Below the pieces are notes generated by a model. It was given only the letters and a program-made list of their open reading frames with translations. It ran no database searches and was not told the origin of the DNA. A DNA stretch of 64,000 bases, taken from the NCBI GenBank assembly GCA_964234715.1, contig OZ174282.1. One strand, given 5' to 3'. The stretch's first letter is position 1. Each line of letters starts with the position of its first letter. This stretch comes from Podarcis melisellensis (lineage: Eukaryota). The position numbers were made by a program, and so were the translations under genes. Shown piece by piece: positions 58,401 through 64,000 of this stretch.

Positions 58401-59131
58401 GCAGTCCTCGGGTTGCAGAAACCTTGGGATCTGACCGGACCTCCGGAACGAATCCTATCCACAACCAGAGGTACCACTGTACTTGTCCACTGGCTGTGCT
58501 CACTGAAGCTGACAGGAAGTGGAGTCCAACAGCATCTGGGAGGACCACATGTTCCCTATCCCTGGCTTAAACCTTCTCTGCAGGTCTTGCAGATATCAGG
58601 CAATTTAAGGAGATGGATAGAAAATCAGTGATATCAGTGTTAACTCACCTCAATGTCCTGTAGGCTGAATTCCTTTTGATCTTTAAAGTTCGCTGCTCCA
58701 GCACTCAGTTCCATGAGCATTTTTGCTATTTCTGGTTTTATTGCTGCTGTGAGTCGACTTGCTGCTTCCATGACATGTTCCTGCACGTCTTTCAGTTGCA
58801 TAGCTGCCTTAGAATAGTGCGAGTTCCGAAATACACTGCTGAAAAGATCTGTAAGGAACGCGCTTGCACGGCAAAATACATTGAGTGCATCCAGATATTT
58901 GGAGATTCCCTGCTGGATGTCTGCAATTGGAGTCGCATGGTTGCAGCCGCCAGCAGCAGCCGGAGAAATCAGAGGGGATGTTGTGGCTGGAGATGCTAGA
59001 GGTGCACTCAGAGTCTTGCCTAGTTCTGGCACTTGATACTGCTGGTGTTGCTGCACCTTTTGCTTGGACCCGCCAAGCAAAAAGCGCCGCTTGTAGTCCA
59101 TTTTACTTTCTTGTGCACTGCAGCAATACAT
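36587..59131 (-). CDS. GARRE1: Granule associated Rac and RHOG effector 1 (KIAA0355), about 1063 aa; complement(join(36587..36895,37847..37925,39211..39345,40301..40466,41940..42970,46883..47008,47142..47239,49979..50137,52349..52510,52627..52722,53025..53165,54016..54222,58649..59131))
   Basis: Starts MYCCSAQESKMDYKRRFLLGGSKQKVQQHQQY and ends ERRPSYMHQY*. Internal segments are recognisable as KIAA0355 (ATSRLRERGCDGCLAGIEVQQLFCSQ, LPTDQEMQEVIDFLSGFNMG, VGSDPEFARYVAGVSQAMQQKR). The exons sum to 3192 nt in frame. Confidence 0.95.
37847..37925 (-). CDS. GARRE1: GARRE1 coding exon 12 (GC donor)
   Basis: KHSSGEQDPSTLPSPPLLSTVDDHSQ; donor CAG|gcaagt. Confidence 0.9.
38720..38759. repeat. (TAA)n microsatellite
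   Basis: About 13 tandem units. Confidence 0.95.
39211..39345 (-). CDS. GARRE1: GARRE1 coding exon 11
   Basis: EMASSWSGTQGDSASSSDETSSANGDSLFSMFSGPDIVAAVKQR. Confidence 0.9.
40301..40466 (-). CDS. GARRE1: GARRE1 coding exon 10
   Basis: GSDPEFARYVAGVSQAMQQKRQ...WPFPEYFTE. Confidence 0.92.
40795..40848. repeat. (ATCT)n microsatellite
   Basis: About 13 tandem units. Confidence 0.95.
41940..42970 (-). CDS. GARRE1: GARRE1 coding exon 9 (large exon with polyQ tracts)
   Basis: EQALPCIQIQLQREICDF...GEFLPFDPA; 1031 nt open. Confidence 0.95.
42217..42333 (-). repeat. Coding (CAG)n repeats: three polyglutamine tracts in GARRE1
   Basis: PQQQQQQQPQKPQQQQQQQMH...GSQQQQQQQQRPP. Confidence 0.9.
43363..43413. 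repeat. (ATT)n microsatellite
   Basis: About 17 tandem units. Confidence 0.95.
43499..43603. repeat. Short palindromic interspersed repeat (MITE-like); related copies near 16003, 25247 and 54412
   Basis: GGGTGGCGTTCAAGTAAGTT...AACTTAGTTGAATACTACCC foldback with a shared GGGTCTACT.TGAG core. Confidence 0.55.
44140..45085. mobile_element. 946-bp non-autonomous hAT-type DNA transposon with a GC-rich interior
   Basis: TIRs TAGGGCTGGGC / GCCCAGTGCTA and a perfect 8-bp TSD CTTCTGAA (44132-44139 and 45086-45093). Confidence 0.8.
46883..47008 (-). CDS. GARRE1: GARRE1 coding exon 8
   Basis: CLKEDPATMSLLQRSLDPEKTLGLVDVLYTAVFDLNRWKEG. Confidence 0.92.
47142..47239 (-). CDS. GARRE1: GARRE1 coding exon 7
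   Basis: VVVDTAQIENKEAYAPQISLEGSRIVVQVPST. Confidence 0.92.
49979..50137 (-). CDS. GARRE1: GARRE1 coding exon 6
   Basis: HTMIQLIKEAGCHNG...LLFGQAGL. Confidence 0.92.
51758..51983. mobile_element. Tc1/mariner-pogo MITE
   Basis: TA|TAGTCCTACCTC...CAACCAGAGGTACCACTG|TA; interior similar to the 58309 and 62101 copies. Confidence 0.8.
52349..52510 (-). CDS. GARRE1: GARRE1 coding exon 5
   Basis: GCCSDAEAQQTGRRQTP...ADNLKLKT. Confidence 0.92.
52627..52722 (-). CDS. GARRE1: GARRE1 coding exon 4
   Basis: AYKAALESLGHCEYAMKAGFHLNPKSIEASLQ. Confidence 0.92.
53025..53165 (-). CDS. GARRE1: GARRE1 coding exon 3
   Basis: ATSRLRERGCDGCLAG...KIDSALQ. Confidence 0.92.
54016..54222 (-). CDS. GARRE1: GARRE1 coding exon 2
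   Basis: VLGRCFLTVMQVHFQFL...VRSWRGAAE. Confidence 0.93.
57450..57600 (-). mobile_element. L2-like LINE reverse transcriptase fragment
   Basis: Translates as LQDSILSPVLFDIYMKPLG...FQYA. Confidence 0.6.
58309..58479. mobile_element. Tc1/mariner-pogo MITE nested in an older palindromic MITE
   Basis: TA|CAACTGAACCTCTGGTT...AACCAGAGGTACCACTG|TA; the flanks (about 58275 and 58565) are the two halves of the hAT-type MITE. Confidence 0.75.
58649..59131 (-). CDS. GARRE1: GARRE1 coding exon 1
   Basis: MYCCSAQESKMDYKRR...EFSLQDIE|gtgagt. Confidence 0.93.
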
Positions 59132-59970
59132 AAGGAAGTACTTGACCAAAGGTTCCTTGAATTAACAATCCCTCCTCTTGAATTGCTCCCTTAGAAATAG
59201 ATCTATGTGTAGCAGTAGTAGAGTATGCACATAATTTTCATAGGAGGCATTTCAAAAACAAAAAAGATAGGTAATTTGTGTCAGCAGTGAGAAAGGCAGC
59301 AGGTTTACTGTCTTTGTATTATTCAGTGTTCAAATGCAGCACTGCTGCTATTACAAACTATAATTGTAAAAGCTAGCTATGATAGTTTTTTAAAAATACT
59401 TTATTTTCCACTTAGCATTCTATTGTGTGCACTCAAGATACAATTTCAAAGCAGGGGGCAAAACAAAACAAAAAAACCAAAACAATCTGTTGCAGTTTTC
59501 CTGCCAACACATTTTTGACACCTGACGTTAACATTAATTTACACTGAAGGAACTTAATTTTTTTCAAAGTAATATAATAGTTAGAAACTGCTTCAAATAG
59601 TATTAGGAGGGGATGAGCAAAATCACTGTTCAACAGTGATTGTTAACAGAGACGTCTTTCTTTGAAGAACCACTGAGCCTTCACATCAGCAGATCTAACA
59701 GCTTCTGGGTTTGACAGAGCCCGTCAGTCAAATCCGTTTGAATTTCCCATCATAATACTGAAAAAAAATATGGAAATTTGTTTCCTGGAGACTTTGCAAG
59801 TACACATTATTCAGAAAAACTGTTTTGTTTTTATTGCAAGTCTTTCCACCTTTCCTTCCGTGTGCTGAGGTAGTTTCCTTTTAACATTAATGAGTAGTGC
59901 TTTCAGGGAGCTTCTCTCGATTGTAGAGCCCAAAGGATGCAGAAATGTATTTAAGGCCTCTAGGTCATTC
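59132..59970 (-). other. GARRE1: Probable long 5' UTR portion of the GARRE1 start-codon exon
   Basis: The nearest strong acceptor I found upstream of the ATG is cttttcctgtttttccccctgcttag at about 59971. The intervening sequence is repeat-free. Confidence 0.5.
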
Positions 59971-60284
59971 CTAAGCAGGGGGAAAAACAGGAAAAGATTA
60001 TAGGTAAATGAGCTGTTTTATTTAAGTGCTAAGTCCCAACTCTCTGGGAATAATTCTTTGGAAGTAAACTATTATGAACACATCTGAACATGTTTATTTT
60101 CTCTGTGCTTTCATGCAGTCCCTTTCACTTACAAACCAATCCATAGCTTACTTATTAAACCATTCATCTACTTGTAATATATTTAGTATATTCAAATGGG
60201 ATGCTATAATAATGGATGTTAAAACAAAATACTGTACAGTTGTCTATTGTACTGTTAAGTACACAACCACTGAATAGTTTCAGT

Positions 60285-61425
60285 CCTACTTGGATGGTCG
60301 CTCCCAGAGGGTGGTAATACTTGGGGAGTGCTTTTCAACTCTGTGGAGCCTTCAGTGTGGAGTTTCTCAGGGCTCAATTTTATCCCCGATGCTATTTAAC
60401 ATTTACATGAAAATGCTGAGTGAGGTCATCTAGACCCCAGTGGGCTGTCAGCAATATGTTGATGACACACAACTCTATTACTCCTTACATCTGCGGGTAA
60501 AGCAGTGGATGTGCTGAACTGATGTCTTGCCTTGGTAAGAGACTGGATGAGAGCCAACAATTGAAGCTCAACCCAGGTAAGATTGAAGTACTGTTGGTGG
60601 GTGGTTCCGCAGACCAGATGGCAGGGAGGTTGCCTGCTCTAGATGGGGTTACATTCCCTCTGAAGGAGCAGGTACATAGCTTGGGGGTACTCCTGGATCC
60701 TCTGCTGTCACTTGAGGAACAGGTGGCCTCAGTGGTTCAGAGAGCCTTCCATCAGCTTCGGCGGTGGCCCACCTGCACCCCTATCTGGGCCTGGATAGCC
60801 TAACTTCTGTTGTCTATGCTCTGGTAACTTCTAGGTTGGATTACTGCAGCACATTATAAGTAGGGCTGCCTCTGAAGATGGTTCAAAAGCTTCAGCTAGT
60901 GCACAATGCAGCAGCCAGGTTGCTCACAGTGACAAGACAGTCTGAGCATATTGCACCAACTGCATTGGCTGCCAATTAGTTTCTGGGCCTGATTGAAAGT
61001 GCTGGTTTTGACCTATAAATCCTTAAATGGTTCAGGACTGCAATACCTTAAGTACCGCCTCTCCCCATAGAAACCCAGACGCGGCGTTCATCATCGGAGG
61101 CCCTTCTTTGTGTGCCTCCTCCATTTGAGGCCTTTTATGCAGTGGCTTCCCTTTGTAGAATGTTCTCCCTAGGGAGGTTCGCCAGGCACCTTCATTATAT
61201 ATATTTTAGGTGCCCGGTAAAAACAACCCTCTTCAATGAGGGCTTTGGCTTTTTAATATTCTACAGCATTTAAAATGTGTCTGTGGGAGGGGGGTATTGT
61301 TTTGCTGTTTTGTTTTATTTATTTTCATGTTTTTATCCTGTATTTTATTCTGTGAACCGCCCTGGGATGTTATAAAAAAGGTGGTATATTAATCAATCAA
61401 ACAAACAAACAAACAAACAAACAAA
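60285..61425 (+). mobile_element. Degraded L2/CR1-group LINE 3' portion (reverse transcriptase remnant)
   Basis: Frameshifted RT motifs QGSILSPMLFNIYM, QYVDDTQL, LKLNPGKIEVL, LGVLLDPLL and SRLDYC; ends in a (CAAT)n(CAAA)n tail. Confidence 0.85.
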
Positions 61426-62100
61426 ACTAACTACCGGGATAGCTAACTAACTACAGTAAATGAGTAGAATTAGATTAAGGATACAAGGAAGGGTGGAGGC
61501 GCTGGTGCAGGCTAATATTTGGCCACTCTGTAATCCAGCAGAATGCTTTATTTATTTACTGAATTTATATCTTGCCCTTCCTCCCAAAGGAGCCCAAGTT
61601 GACAAACAGATTCACAATTTAAAAACAAAAACAAAGCAAATACTGGCGGTTTTTTAAAATTATTACTCCTGCAGTTCAACTAAAGAAAGAGTAGGTGAAA
61701 GAAGGCTAAATTACTTCAAATACTGCAAAATATGTATTTCTCCCTCCTTCAGCTGGGGTTTTGTTTTTAAAGAAGGGAACTCCAATAATGAATTTTATAG
61801 ACAGCTAAAAGATTGTGATAAAAAGCTGCTTCTTTTGCTGGCTTGCCATGCTCACAACAAATAGCCAAAGGCTGCTCTTTTATGAATATTTTTCAACAGC
61901 ACTACTGACATTAGTCTTTCGAAACCACTTTAACGGAAAGGTATGAACTCTCCCCTTCACAATCTATAATATACTCCACCTCAGCTTGAATTTAATTTAA
62001 TTTAATGGATTTATACTCAGCTTTTTGAGAAAATCCTCAATAAAGTGGCTTACAATATTTTAAAATACAAATCCATTTCACGCAACCTTTTAACACAGTA

Positions 62101-62271
62101 CAGTGGACGCTCGGGTTGTGAACGTGCACACACGCGGGTTGCGATTTGGTGCTTCTGCGCATGTGCGACCGCCAAAACCCAGAAGCAACCTGTTCTGGTA
62201 CTTTCGGGTTTCGGCGGGTCCGTAACCCGAAAAAACGCAACCTGAAGTGTCTGTAACCCAAGGTATGACTG
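62101..62271. mobile_element. Tc1/mariner-pogo MITE
   Basis: TA|CAGTGGACGCTCGGGTT...AACCCAAGGTATGACTG|TA. Confidence 0.8.
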
Positions 62272-64000
62272 TAATAAATATTAAAATTATCAAAATCATG
62301 ATAAAATAAATTAGGCATACCCACCCTGATCAAAAGCTTTTGAAAAAATATAGGCTTTTAAAGCCTTCTTAAATACTGAGAGAAATGGTGCCTTCAGGCT
62401 CTTTGTATTTGTTCTCCATAACTTCAGAACCACCATCAGAAGGTCCAGTTATCAACCCTCATCAGTCTAATTGCCTTTACTGGCAGGCACTAAAGCAAGG
62501 AAGCCCTTCTAGATCTTAAGGTATGGGTCAAACAATACAAGATGATGGTGTCTCTCTGTAGCACACACAGTGTTTTAGAAACAAATTATTTAAGTGGCGT
62601 GCTTCCCAAAGTAATCACTATAAGAGAACCCCTATTGCAAACTGACAACATTTTGGGATGGCATCGCTTCATAACATCTTTCAACAAATAGAATGTTAGT
62701 AAGCATCTCATGACATCACATGATCACAGCTGATCAGTCGGGGTTTCTACTATTGTTAATGCATTATCTTAAAAATGAACCAGTTATTTTGATTTCTTCA
62801 TTTTCATGCAATTCTTCAGACCACATATATTTCTGTTTCACATTTACAATTGTTAGCCTTTTATACCAAGCCAACTTCCTCTGATTGTGTTGATGCAAAT
62901 GGGTTTTTCTAACACTTAGCTACTTTAATAAAATATATGTAACTTGGAATAATTTAGAAAAATCAAACAAAAACACAAATCACAAAAATCTAGAATGCAT
63001 CACACAACTTTTGTAGTATTTTCTGCATGTACTTGCAAGGTTAGGAATGAAATAGCAGTAAGTAAATAAAGTATGAATACGAGCATAGCAGTGCTTAATA
63101 GGTCTTATCTGCAACGACCACAAACAAAATGCTTAGAAACAACCATACAAAACAAATAGCCAAAAAGTTGGGACAGGACTTATATGCATGTAGCTGTAAT
63201 AGATAAACTTCATGACAAATATTAAAAGGTAGCTGCCAACATCAATCACATCATTACAAGTAAAAAAGGAAGGCATCAACATCAAGGTTTCCCAAATGTG
63301 ATGAAGAATGCCCATCTATTTGTAAATCATCCTGGGATTTTGTTCAGACAGGATAGCAATCTCTACACAAGATCGCAATTGATCTTCCCCTCTGAATTAT
63401 ATAGCAGATTTGTCAGAGTATTCATTTCAGCTACCTTCAAATCTCTCAATTGTTCTTACATATAAAGTGAACCTTTAGATTTTGCTGTTCAGCAATAATT
63501 TTTTTTGCTGCTAATAATATATTATAAATAAGTGCTTTATGCTTCACCAATATGGTTCATGTAGACTTCTACTAAGAAGCATTTCCAGGTTTTACTAAAT
63601 TTAGGCATGCCCTATCCACCATCCCTATTCCCTGTTTCTGGAGATTATTATCCACCCAGACTGGCTGGGGCAACCCAGTCAGATTGTTGTTGCTACTGCT
63701 GCTGCTGCAGCAGCAGCAGCAGACTGCTCTTTCATTATTATGTACAAGACTCCTCAATATGGAAGGTTATGCCTGAGGATACAGACTCTAAACATCTCAG
63801 GTCCAAGCCATGATTCAATTCCACAATGTGTTTGCTTGGTGAAAACTAGGTTTCTGTATAAGAAGTTCCAGTTTAAGAAATACACGTTACACACAACCTT
63901 AACTATTTCTTCTCTGCTAGGACAACAAAGGGTTCTCAAACACTATGACAAAGCAAAATCAACACTCGCTTATCCTCAGCCCTGAAGACAGCAGACACGC

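Noticed and set aside
60522-60803. 93-aa ORF with RT-like sequence
   Set aside because: It is a fragment of a frameshifted, stop-riddled LINE, not a functional gene.
1-64000. Prokaryote-type systems (CRISPR array, operon, prophage), endogenous virus, snoRNA or miRNA genes
   Set aside because: The sequence is eukaryotic and intron-rich. I saw no spaced direct repeats, LTRs, long viral ORFs or convincing snoRNA box pairs. An Rfam/Infernal scan would be needed to exclude small ncRNAs formally.

Overview
This is vertebrate genomic DNA, most likely from a squamate and probably a lacertid lizard, judged from a full-length Sauria SINE, BovB 3' ends and squamate-type MITEs. It holds four intron-containing genes. 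(1) The 3' part of KIFC3, a kinesin-14 (+ strand, coding exons 142 to about 7312). (2) Complete KATNB1, katanin p80 (- strand, 19 coding exons, 10041-24678, about 658 aa), convergent with KIFC3. (3) Complete SS18L2 (+ strand, 3 exons, 27648-30129, 79 aa), head-to-head with KATNB1 across a CpG-island promoter. (4) The complete CDS of GARRE1/KIAA0355 (- strand, 13 coding exons, 36587-59131, about 1063 aa), convergent with SS18L2. I placed exon boundaries by eye from splice signals and reading-frame phase. Gene names come from my recognition of the translated proteins, not from a database search. Introns and intergenic DNA contain hAT and Tc1/mariner-type MITEs, L2/CR1/BovB LINE fragments, one Sauria SINE and microsatellites. 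I found no convincing novel multi-gene system. The most notable items are three GC-AG introns, a stop-containing KIFC3 micro-exon that switches the C-terminus, candidate poison exons in SS18L2 and GARRE1, a 946-bp GC-rich non-autonomous hAT element, an OC1-like hAT, and a MITE family carrying the ACTACAnnTCCC promoter motif.
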